Shown here piece by piece: positions 29,509 to 36,124 of a DNA stretch of 43,330 nt. Within the stretch, counting starts at the first letter, position 1. Every line of letters starts with the position of its first letter. Source of the DNA: a virus (taxonomy: Duplodnaviria > Caudoviricetes); the IMG/VR virus record IMGVR_UViG_3300027754_000178, positions 1 through 43,330 of that record, one strand, 5' to 3'. Made by a program: the position numbers and the translations under genes. Under the pieces are notes generated by a model. That model made no database searches and was not told the DNA's origin. It saw nothing but the letters and a program-made list of their open reading frames with translations.

Positions 29509-29727
29509 ATGGAAGTTCTTGAAATCACAAACTCTTCTGCTATTTCAAAGATTTCATTCAATGATGAAACCAGTGAAGTGGGTATTGCTTACACTTACAA
29601 ACCCGAAACTTTTTATCTCTTCAAGTGTGATGAGATAGAAGTTGTAAAGGATAAAGTTCAAACTGCTGAGAGTATCGGCAAACTCATTTCACAACTCAAA
29701 AAAGAAGGGACTTTACAATCTGTCTAA
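29509..29727 (+). CDS. KTSC-domain protein
   Basis: NSSAISKISF...V.I.Y...Y.F...AESIGKLI matches the KTSC pattern; start reassigned to 29509. Confidence 0.6.
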   Translation: MEVLEITNSSAISKISFNDETSEVGIAYTYKPETFYLFKCDEIEVVKDKVQTAESIGKLISQLKKEGTLQSV

Positions 29728-29734
29728 CTTCTGT

Positions 29735-29742
29735 TATAAATA
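29735..29742 (+). promoter_or_regulatory. T4-type late promoter of the leader/tRNA transcript
   Basis: TATAAATA 22 nt before the leader ATG; unstructured A/C-rich 5' UTR. Confidence 0.7.
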
Positions 29743-29764
29743 AACACATACACAACAACAAACA

Positions 29765-29869
29765 ATGACCTGCCCCTGTTCACAACTCAAGAGTGATTAT
29801 CGTCCGATGAACCATAAATGGTTTATTGGAGAGACCCTCTTGTTTGTAAATATGGTAAGTCAAAGTTAG
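29765..29869 (+). CDS. putative attenuator leader peptide (34 aa) MTCPCSQLKSDYRPMNHKWFIGETLLFVNMVSQS
   Basis: ATG 29765 to TAG 29867-29869; 3' part overlaps the antiterminator arm. Confidence 0.7.
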   Translation: MTCPCSQLKSDYRPMNHKWFIGETLLFVNMVSQS

Positions 29870-29899
29870 AAGACATAACCATAAAAACAAACAAGAGGG
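29835..29899 (+). promoter_or_regulatory. Antiterminator hairpin
   Basis: CCCTCTTGTTTGT (29835-29847) is the perfect reverse complement of ACAAACAAGAGGG (29887-29899); inner TATGGT/ACCATA and GTC/GAC pairs. Confidence 0.75.
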
Positions 29900-29931
29900 A
29901 TAGAAACCAAAAGTTTCTTCCCTCTTTTTTT
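29893..29931 (+). terminator. Intrinsic terminator (attenuator)
   Basis: AAGAGGGA-T-AGAAAC-CAAAA-GTTTCT-TCCCTCTT then a T run. Confidence 0.85.
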
Positions 29932-30015
29932 ATGCCTTTTATGCCTTGTGCCAGTTGTGCGAGTGTCCCTAATGTTCCCCACAGACCTCAAATCGTGGTA
30001 TTCTAAGGGAGTGGT

Positions 30016-30045
30016 GAGGGAAGCAGTCCTCTTGAACCTTGAAAA
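30016..30045 (+). promoter_or_regulatory. boxB hairpin plus boxA-like antitermination signal
   Basis: GAGGG-AAGCAG-TCCTC hairpin then GAACCTTGAAAA, the boxA form of cyanobacterial rrn spacers. Confidence 0.55.
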
Positions 30046-30059
30046 TTTAAACCTTTTAT

Positions 30060-30134
30060 GGGACATTAACTCAGTCCGGTCAGAGTATCCGACTTTTAAT
30101 CGGTTAGTCCTGGGTTCAAATCCCAGATGTCCCA
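30060..30134 (+). tRNA. trnK: tRNA-Lys(TTT)
   Basis: Cloverleaf: GGGACAT/ATGTCCC, CCGA-CTTTTAA-TCGG, TTCAAAT. Confidence 0.93.
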
Positions 30135-30166
30135 CTTGACCTAGAAAGTCATTAAACTTATCTATT

Positions 30167-30255
30167 GGGAGAAAGGCTACTATTAGATATGTGTGGCGGC
30201 AGTCTGTAAAACTGTTACATAAGAACCGTTGGGGGTGCAATTCCCTCTTCTCCCA
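30167..30255 (+). tRNA. trnY: tRNA-Tyr(GTA), atypical D and T loops
   Basis: GGGAGAA/TTCTCCC, GCAGT-CTGTAAA-ACTGT, long variable arm, T loop TGCAATT. Confidence 0.75.
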
Positions 30256-30259
30256 CCTT

Positions 30260-30331
30260 GACCCTATGATGAAGTGGTTATCATACTTCTCTGTCTAAGA
30301 AGAATCACGAGTTCGAATCTCGTTAGGGTCG
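30260..30331 (+). tRNA. trnD: tRNA-Asp(GTC)
   Basis: GACCCTA/TAGGGTC, CTTCT-CTGTCTA-AGAAG. Confidence 0.92.
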
Positions 30332-30378
30332 TTGCTGATTTGCGCTGGAAAGATAAACCAGAATGCCGTCAGCATTAT

Positions 30379-30450
30379 GCTCCATTCGTCTAGTGGTTAG
30401 GACATCTGGTTTTCATCCAGGCAACAGCAGTTCAATTCTGCTATGGAGTA
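30379..30450 (+). tRNA. trnE: tRNA-Glu(TTC)
   Basis: GCTCCAT/ATGGAGT, TCTGG-TTTTCAT-CCAGG. Confidence 0.92.
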
Positions 30451-30453
30451 TTT

Positions 30454-30526
30454 GGGAACTTAGCTCATCTGGTAGAGCAAAGGTTTGAAGAACCTTGTGT
30501 GGGTGGTTCAAGTCCACCAGTTCCCA
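30454..30526 (+). tRNA. trnF: tRNA-Phe(GAA)
   Basis: GGGAACT/AGTTCCC, AAGGT-TTGAAGA-ACCTT. Confidence 0.92.
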
Positions 30527-30530
30527 CCTT

Positions 30531-30602
30531 AGGAATATAGCTCAATGGTTAGAGCAATCGGTTGATAACCGATAGATTCCAGTTCAAATCTGGGTATTCC
30601 TA
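30531..30602 (+). tRNA. trnI: tRNA-Ile(GAT)
   Basis: AGGAATA/TATTCCT, ATCGG-TTGATAA-CCGAT. Confidence 0.9.
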
Positions 30603-30654
30603 TTGTTGCCTTCGGGCAACATAAAACCCTTATGGGTTGCTTCAAGACAACATT

Positions 30655-30743
30655 GGAAGTGTGGCAGAGAGGCTTATTGCAGAATCCTGCTAAGATTCCG
30701 TATCAAGTAATTGATACCGTTGGTTCAAATCCAACCACTTCCG
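30655..30743 (+). tRNA. trnS: tRNA-Ser(GCT)
   Basis: GGAAGTG/CACTTCC, GAATC-CTGCTAA-GATTC, long variable arm. Confidence 0.92.
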
Positions 30744-30781
30744 TTGTTTCAACTACCGAGTAATCCTCGGTAGTTTAATAT

Positions 30782-30852
30782 GTGTCTGTCGCCAAGTGGT
30801 AAGGCAAGAGTCTGCAAAACTTTTATCGTCAGTTCGATTCTGACTAGACACT
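30782..30852 (+). tRNA. trnC: tRNA-Cys(GCA)
   Basis: GTGTCTG/TAGACAC, AGAGT-CTGCAAA-ACTTT, U73. Confidence 0.92.
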
Positions 30853-30890
30853 TTTAATCCCGTTGATTTCCACGGGATTAAGTTAATCCT

Positions 30891-30946
30891 GCCCGATTGA
30901 TGGAATTGGTATACATACTTGTATTTCGATTCTCTGTGCCCTACCA
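30891..30946 (+). pseudogene. Chimeric tRNA remnant (Leu-type 5' half joined to the 3' end of another tRNA)
   Basis: GCCCGAT-TG-ATG-GAATTGGTATA-CAT-A-CTTGT then TTCGATT-CTCTG-TGCCCTACCA; no anticodon; the ends do not pair. Confidence 0.65.
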
Positions 30947-30967
30947 AGAATTGTAATACTTATTTTC

Positions 30968-30975
30968 TATAAATA
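30968..30975 (+). promoter_or_regulatory. T4-type late promoter of the HNH gene
   Basis: TATAAATA. Confidence 0.65.
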
Positions 30976-31004
30976 TATTATGTATACTAATTTTAGGGAT
31001 TAAT

Positions 31005-31451
31005 ATGAGAAAAGATATTATTGATAGAAGACAAGAAATTTTAAATTGGATTGACGAAAATCAGTCTAAGTCTTTTATGTGTAGAGAGTTGAAATGTAAA
31101 CCTGAAACTTTAGAGAGTTATTTGAAAAAGTTTGGAATTACATATAATGGAAATAAAGGATTAAAGGGCAAAAAAATAAATACAAAATATGTTCAAGCTT
31201 TGGACTATATCAAAGGTTCATTTGTTTCTGCACACAAATTAAAATTAAAAATGATTCGTGATGGTATGAAAGAACATAAATGTGAATTGTGTAATATTAC
31301 TGAATGGATGGGACAAAAGGTTCCAATAGAACTTGACCATATTGACGGTAATCATTACAATAATGAATTAAGCAATCTTAGAATTGTTTGTCCAAATTGT
31401 CACGCACAAACGGACACCAATTCTGGGAAAAATAATAAAAAGCCCCGGTGA
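31005..31451 (+). CDS. HNH (homing) endonuclease
   Basis: CELC...ELDHIDGNHYNNELSNLRIVCPNCH; N-terminal HTH-like segment; stop codon inside tRNA-Leu. Confidence 0.9.
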   Translation: MRKDIIDRRQEILNWIDENQSKSFMCRELKCKPETLESYLKKFGITYNGNKGLKGKKINTKYVQALDYIKGSFVSAHKLKLKMIRDGMKEHKCELCNITEWMGQKVPIELDHIDGNHYNNELSNLRIVCPNCHAQTDTNSGKNNKKPR

Positions 31452-31515
31452 CGTAATTGGTAACCGTGTTTGCCTTAGAAGCAAAATTCTGGGAGTTCGA
31501 GTCTCCCCTGGGGCA
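31442..31515 (+). tRNA. trnL: tRNA-Leu(TAG), short variable loop
   Basis: GCCCCGG/CTGGGGC, TTTGC-CTTAGAA-GCAAA, variable ATTCT. Confidence 0.88.
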
Positions 31516-31536
31516 TTGGATTTTATATCCAAACTT

Positions 31537-31608
31537 GTCGGATTAGTGTAATTGGTAGCACGATGGTCTCCAAAACCATTAGTGAAAGTTCAAATCTTTC
31601 ATCCTTCG
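31537..31608 (+). tRNA. trnW: tRNA-Trp(CCA)
   Basis: ATGGT-CTCCAAA-ACCAT; acceptor GTCGGAT/ATCCTTC has two mismatches. Confidence 0.85.
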
Positions 31609-31612
31609 CCTT

Positions 31613-31686
31613 ACCTTCTTAGCTCAACTGGATAGAGCAAATTCCTACGAAGAATGAGGTTGCAAGTTCGAATCTTGCAGAAGGTG
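31613..31686 (+). tRNA. trnR: tRNA-Arg(ACG)
   Basis: ACCTTCT/AGAAGGT, ATTC-CTACGAA-GAAT. Confidence 0.92.
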
Positions 31687-31723
31687 TTGACTATCTTCTA
31701 TAGATAGTCTATACTTGATACAT

Positions 31724-31814
31724 GGAAGTGTGGTCGAGTCAGGTTTATGGCAGACGCCTTGAAAGCGTCCGAGGTTAATAGCCTCCGTGGGTTCAAATCC
31801 TACCACTTCCGCCA
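31724..31814 (+). tRNA. trnS: tRNA-Ser(TGA)
   Basis: GGAAGTG/CACTTCC, GACGC-CTTGAAA-GCGTC, long arm, encoded CCA. Confidence 0.93.
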
Positions 31815-31886
31815 GGGAGCATAACTCAGTGGCAGAGTATCTGCTTTACACGCAGAGAGTCCTTGGTTCAAATCCAAGTGTTCCCA
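31815..31886 (+). tRNA. trnV: tRNA-Val(TAC)
   Basis: GGGAGCA/TGTTCCC, TCTGC-TTTACAC-GCAGA. Confidence 0.93.
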
Positions 31887-31915
31887 TTAGCAATCATAAG
31901 GTTGCTAAAAAATAA

Positions 31916-31989
31916 CCGGGATTAGCGCAGCTTGGTAGCGCATCTGCTTTGGGAGCAGAGGGTCGCAGGTTCGAATCCTGCATCTCGGA
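31916..31989 (+). tRNA. trnP: tRNA-Pro(TGG)
   Basis: CCGGGAT/ATCTCGG, TCTGC-TTTGGGA-GCAGA. Confidence 0.93.
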
Positions 31990-32031
31990 TTGAAGATAAT
32001 AAATATCTTCAAGTATTAAACTCTATGTTTT

Positions 32032-32187
32032 ATGTCACTTATTTCACAACAAGACCGAGAACTTGCTATTGAAGCATTAGATTTCTACCTTTTCAATAAA
32101 GGTAATGATTTCACTGAAACAAAGAGAGCAGAAGTCAATGCTCTTCTTAATTGGATTAAATTAGAAAAAACTAAAAATGAACATTAA
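32032..32187 (+). CDS. small hypothetical protein (51 aa) inside the tRNA array
   Basis: MSLISQQDRELAIEALDFY...LLNWIKLE. Confidence 0.65.
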   Translation: MSLISQQDRELAIEALDFYLFNKGNDFTETKRAEVNALLNWIKLEKTKNEH

Positions 32188-32344
32188 ACTCTGGTATTGT
32201 GAGTGTATGAAGCAATGGCGTTGGACATTGACTGATGATTCCAATTTAATCATCAAGCAAGAGTCAGGACAACAACCAGATTTGCGTGTTGCTATGAATG
32301 ATGTAGCAACTACTGTAGAGTATATTCTAGAACATAGAGTTTAA
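32177..32344 (+). CDS. small hypothetical protein (55 aa) inside the tRNA array
   Basis: MNIKLWYCECMKQWRWTL...QESGQQPDLRVAMNDVATTVEY. Confidence 0.7.
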   Translation: MNIKLWYCECMKQWRWTLTDDSNLIIKQESGQQPDLRVAMNDVATTVEYILEHRV

Positions 32345-32354
32345 ACTTTTTCAT

Positions 32355-32426
32355 TCCGAGTAGCCCGCAAGGTGCGGGAGCAAACTGTTAATTTGTTATA
32401 GGTCAGTTCGATTCTGACACTCGGAG
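32355..32426 (+). tRNA. trnN: tRNA-Asn(GTT)
   Basis: TCCGAGT/ACTCGGA, GCAAA-CTGTTAA-TTTGT; unusual 5-bp D stem CCCGC/GCGGG. Confidence 0.85.
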
Positions 32427-32450
32427 TTGAAGTCATAAGACTTCATTCAA

Positions 32451-32524
32451 CGCAGACGAGTGTAAAGGTAGCACAATAGGCTCATAACCTATGGGACGGA
32501 GTTCAATTCTTCGGTCTGCCACCA
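32451..32524 (+). tRNA. trnM: tRNA-Met(CAT), initiator-like
   Basis: C1 unpaired with C72, ATAGG-CTCATAA-CCTAT, encoded CCA. Confidence 0.85.
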
Positions 32525-32529
32525 AATAA

Positions 32530-32603
32530 GGGGGATTAGCTCAGTTGGTAGTAGCGCATCCTTTGCAAGGATGAAGTCATCGGTTCGAGTCCGATATCTT
32601 CCA
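32530..32603 (+). tRNA. trnA: tRNA-Ala(TGC)
   Basis: GGGGGAT/ATCTTCC with G3:U70, CATCC-TTTGCAA-GGATG. Confidence 0.92.
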
Positions 32604-32605
32604 TT

Positions 32606-32800
32606 GTCCAAGAGGATAAAAATTCTAATGTTTCGGACGGGGTTTCAATTACCCCCATCTCCATTACTTGGGGATGCTAGGTTTCGACGGGGCATAAAGG
32701 TTTTATCTGTTGACGGGACAAGAAAACAAACGCAAACAACATTGTTGCATTTTCGAGGACTTCTGCACCTTCTTTGGTGTAGAACTCTGACGAATTAAAA
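32606..32800 (+). ncRNA. ssrA: Circularly permuted (two-piece) tmRNA
   Basis: Acceptor piece ends GGAC-GGGGT-TTCAATT-ACCCC-CATCTCC-A (32663); 6-nt spacer; coding piece starts GGGGATG-CTAGGTTTCGAC (32670; G3:U70); tag 32732-32782 ANNIVAFSRTSAPSLV*; outer ends approximate. Confidence 0.9.
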
Positions 32801-32804
32801 ATAC

Positions 32805-32829
32805 AGAGGGTTTTATACCCTCTTTTTTT
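32805..32829 (+). terminator. Intrinsic terminator ending the tRNA/tmRNA array
   Basis: AGAGGG-TTTTATA-CCCTCT-TTTTTT. Confidence 0.8.
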
Positions 32830-32916
32830 GTGCCTTGTGCCACTTGAAGAACTGGTACAAGGACTCTACGAATCTGATTTGAGTGTGCTATGATTACGGA
32901 GTAATAAAAAAATTTT

Positions 32917-33519
32917 ATGCGACCTAATCTTGAAAAAGTTGTAAATCTTTTTCAACCAGATTCTGATGGTTATTCTAATTGGATAACTATTGATGATGTA
33001 ATAAATGCGGGTTTATCTTGGTCAAATAATGGAAATGTTCGCAGAGGTATAGCATTTGGTGTTAATGAATACAATTGGGAATTTAAAAGAATTAATAATC
33101 GTCATAATGGAACTATTTTAGAAATGAGACTTACTGGATATAATAATAGTATTATTTTTAATCAACGTATTCGCAAAGACATTGTTGATGAACTTCGCAA
33201 ACAAACTAAATCCAATTTTTCTTCAGATTGTATTATTCCTCTTGTAGAGAAAGACAAAGAAATAGACCATCGTTGGGGTAGAAAGGATTCTCCTAAATAC
33301 GAATATATTAGTAATATTGTTAAACAATCTATTGATGATTTTCAACTTCTTTCGCATAGTCATAATCAATATAAAAGAGAACAATGTGTAAAATGTAAAG
33401 ATACTAATCTTCGGTATTCTCCACCAAATAATCAATCATTTAAAATTGGATGCAAAGAATGGAATTTTGAGATAGGATGTGAAGGATGTCCACTTGCTCA
33501 ACCAGAACTTTATCGGTAA
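32917..33519 (+). CDS. IceA1/NlaIII-like HNH-type restriction endonuclease
   Basis: QPD..G.S.W, RL.GYN...FNQ.I..DI, EIDH..GRKD, DDFQ.L....N..KR..C.KCK, GC.GC....P..YR, as I recall the H. pylori IceA1/NlaIII family. Confidence 0.75.
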   Translation: MRPNLEKVVNLFQPDSDGYSNWITIDDVINAGLSWSNNGNVRRGIAFGVNEYNWEFKRINNRHNGTILEMRLTGYNNSIIFNQRIRKDIVDELRKQTKSNFSSDCIIPLVEKDKEIDHRWGRKDSPKYEYISNIVKQSIDDFQLLSHSHNQYKREQCVKCKDTNLRYSPPNNQSFKIGCKEWNFEIGCEGCPLAQPELYR

Positions 33520-33523
33520 ATCT

Positions 33524-34102
33524 ATGTATTTAGATAGTGCAAAATTGATGTATTCGTCTGGAAATAATGATGAATGTTATACTCCAAAATATGGTGTAAC
33601 TCCTATTTTGGAGTTTATTCCTGATGATGTAGTTGTCTGGTGTCCTTTCGATACTGAAGAGAGTCAGTTTGTAAAACAAATTTCTAAAAAGAATAAAGTA
33701 GTTTATTCTCACATTAGTTTGGGGCAAGATTTCTTTAATTATGAACCATTTCATTGGGATGTAATTGTATCCAATCCACCATTCACAAATAAACGCAAAT
33801 ATTTTGAAAAAGCATTGTCTTTTAATAAACCATTTGCATTGATTATGACTAACACTTGGTTGAATGATAGTGCCCCAAAACAATTATTTAAAAATAAAGA
33901 TTTGCAGTTATTGATGTTTGATAAGAGAATGAAATTTACAAGTCCAGATGGCAGAGCAAATGATAAAATTACTTTTTCGAGTAGTTATTATTGTTGGAAT
34001 TTTCTTCCAAAACAAATCATAATGAGGCAATTATTAATAGATACTGTGCCACTTACCGAACTGGCACACAACACCTCCAATGCCCTTGCAGACCTGCTAT
34101 AA
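33524..34102 (+). CDS. N6-adenine DNA methyltransferase
   Basis: DECYTP, VWCPFD, QDFF, IVSNPPF; start reassigned to 33524. Confidence 0.8.
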   Translation: MYLDSAKLMYSSGNNDECYTPKYGVTPILEFIPDDVVVWCPFDTEESQFVKQISKKNKVVYSHISLGQDFFNYEPFHWDVIVSNPPFTNKRKYFEKALSFNKPFALIMTNTWLNDSAPKQLFKNKDLQLLMFDKRMKFTSPDGRANDKITFSSSYYCWNFLPKQIIMRQLLIDTVPLTELAHNTSNALADLL

Positions 34103-34126
34103 TTACGGAGTAATCAAACAAAGAAA

Positions 34127-34507
34127 ATGAGCACTCGTTCTCGCATCGGTATTGAACTTTCTGATGGTTCTATTCTGTCTGCTTATCACCATTGGGATGG
34201 ATATACTTCTTGGTTAGGTCGTATTCTACAAACTCATTACAATTCATATAAGAAAGCATCAGAATTGATTGATGGTGGTGATATGAGTACTTGTTGGAAT
34301 GAGAATAACGAACCTGAGTATTATTCTGCTCGTGGTGAAGATTGTCCTCCTCGTTTGGATAATGATATGGATGAGTTTTTCACTGATGGTGAAGAATACT
34401 CTTACATCTTTCGTAATGGCAACTGGTATGCTTATGATATGCACCAGTTTGAGGATAAGGTAGCACCTGAACCTGTTGAAATCCCTTCTGGAGCACTTGC
34501 AGCATAA
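34127..34507 (+). CDS. conserved hypothetical phage protein
   Basis: MSTRSRIG...YHHWDGY...G..L...GDMS...EEYSY. Confidence 0.75.
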   Translation: MSTRSRIGIELSDGSILSAYHHWDGYTSWLGRILQTHYNSYKKASELIDGGDMSTCWNENNEPEYYSARGEDCPPRLDNDMDEFFTDGEEYSYIFRNGNWYAYDMHQFEDKVAPEPVEIPSGALAA

Positions 34508-34716
34508 TGACTAAAAACAAAAGAAAGTTTGTGAATGTTGAACCTATTTCTTCCAAAGCAAAGAATAGGTTCGCAAACATTATGGATAAACTACATGCTT
34601 GTGTAGTAGAACAAGAAAAGGACAATATGTTTTTTCTTGCTTCTATCAATAAGTGTTATTTCTTTTGGTTACCTAAAGATGGCAATGAGCACTGGAAGAT
34701 TGTAAATGTAAAGTGA
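34507..34716 (+). CDS. hypothetical protein
   Basis: V.PISSKAKNRFANIMD.LH.C.VEQ; TAATG overlap. Confidence 0.7.
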   Translation: MTKNKRKFVNVEPISSKAKNRFANIMDKLHACVVEQEKDNMFFLASINKCYFFWLPKDGNEHWKIVNVK

Positions 34717-34738
34717 CCACTTTTTGAACTGGCACACT

Positions 34739-34760
34739 GACCCCCGCAAGGGGGTTTTTT
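34739..34760 (+). terminator. Terminator embedded in an early promoter spacer
   Basis: GACCCCC-GCAA-GGGGGTT-TTTT. Confidence 0.75.
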
Positions 34761-34798
34761 AGTGCTATACTACTAGAGTAGTCAAAAAAACGCTTCAA

Positions 34799-35020
34799 AT
34801 GTTTGAGAAAACTATTTCTGTTCAATTGACAAATCAGGAACTATTTGATATTCGTATTGCCCTGATGGATTATCGTTCCAAATGGTTTGACTTGTATCAC
34901 AAAGGTTTGCAAGGTGAAATGCCTCAAAACTTTGATGTAAAAGGTGCTGAATTAGTTTATCAGGGTATATTGAAACTTCAAGAACGTATTATCTATTTTA
35001 CTGAGAACTTCAATGACTGA
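34799..35020 (+). CDS. hypothetical early protein
   Basis: Follows an early promoter. Confidence 0.65.
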   Translation: MFEKTISVQLTNQELFDIRIALMDYRSKWFDLYHKGLQGEMPQNFDVKGAELVYQGILKLQERIIYFTENFND

Positions 35021-35513
35021 GGATTTTGTGAGACTAACGATTGATGAGATGGAAGTGCTAATGCAATCACTTCAATTGATTGATACTGAAGATGAGGATT
35101 TGATAGATAAATTCACAGGTGTATCACTTCCGGCATTGTATAATAAACTTTACAGTTCTATTGAGCAAATCAAAACACAATGACACAAACACAAATTCAA
35201 TGTATGATTGATGATATTGAAGATGTTTTGAAGAAAGGTGAGATTTCACTTAAGAATAAGGATTTAGGCTATCCTTATGTTGCTGGTTATTATGGTAGTG
35301 TATTGCAAACTTTGTCCTTTATGTTGAAGCAGGAACTCAAATGATTTATGCTTATGGTGAGATTGAACGTATCTATAAGGAACTCAAAGAAGTTATAGAA
35401 CGTGAAAACAAACTTCACGAAATGGATATGACCATTATGACACAACATTTGGATTTGTTGGAGGATGAAGTAATTCCTCTATTGGAAGAAATAGTATATT
35501 TTGACCCTTCACC

Positions 35514-35542
35514 TTGACTTTTAATTAAAACTAATTTATAAT
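35514..35542 (+). promoter_or_regulatory. sigma70-type promoter
   Basis: TTGACT-17 nt-TATAAT. Confidence 0.6.
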
Positions 35543-35565
35543 CTTGAGGTAACTTAAAAAGGTAA

Positions 35566-35805
35566 ATGACTCAAAAGTATTTGTATGTAGTTGATCACTT
35601 TTGCAACTTTCCCCGCTCAGAATATGGTGGATTGTGGAATGTAATTGCAGAAAATGATGATGAATGTTTTGATTTAATTCTAGAATATGATAATGAATTT
35701 AATAAAGAATTTTATGTAAATCTTCGTCAAAAAGTGGTAAATGCACAAAAGTTCTCTCTTCTTGAAGATGAAGAATCACGTATTGTAGAATCATTTACAA
35801 CATAA
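35566..35805 (+). CDS. hypothetical protein
   Basis: KYLY.VD....P.SEYGG...VIA.ND.EC. Confidence 0.7.
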   Translation: MTQKYLYVVDHFCNFPRSEYGGLWNVIAENDDECFDLILEYDNEFNKEFYVNLRQKVVNAQKFSLLEDEESRIVESFTT

Positions 35806-35826
35806 ATAGTCAAAAAACTAATAGAG

Positions 35827-36060
35827 ATGAAATCATTCTCAGAATTTAATTTAGATGCTTTGTATGCTTCTATACAAGAACAAATACAACTTAGTAATGA
35901 GGATGTGGCCAGTTTAGAACGAGATTTATATTTGTTAGATAAGAAAAGGTCTGCTGAAAGAAAACTAAAAGATAGAAGAAGAACAGCAACACAAAGACAA
36001 ATAGAACTTCAACGTAAAAATAAAGAAAGAGTTCAAAAATATCGTAATCAAGAAATGTAA
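35827..36060 (+). CDS. putative small internal head protein
   Basis: MKSFSEF N-terminus, ATAAATA upstream, basic C-terminus. Confidence 0.5.
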   Translation: MKSFSEFNLDALYASIQEQIQLSNEDVASLERDLYLLDKKRSAERKLKDRRRTATQRQIELQRKNKERVQKYRNQEM

Positions 36061-36064
36061 TCCC

Positions 36065-36124
36065 TTGTGCCAGTTGTGGAACTGGCACAGTCAACGAGCA
36101 CAGACCCTTAAAGGGTGCTATACT
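36065..36124 (+). promoter_or_regulatory. Early promoter (perfect palindrome copy)
   Basis: TGTGCCAGT-TGTGGA-ACTGGCACA ... TGCTATACT. Confidence 0.8.

Noticed and set aside
29735-30030. T-box riboswitch as the explanation of the attenuator
   Set aside because: No stem I/specifier loop or UGGN antiterminator bulge in the right place; a translated leader explains the layout better.
29818-30240. ORFs 29818..30006, 29866..30240(-) and 29948..30139
   Set aside because: They overlap the terminator, promoter and tRNAs, and are best explained as chance frames.
30891-31515. Group I intron splitting a tRNA-Leu with an HNH inside
   Set aside because: No recognisable intron core and no room for one; the downstream tRNA-Leu is complete by itself and the upstream piece has a foreign 3' end.
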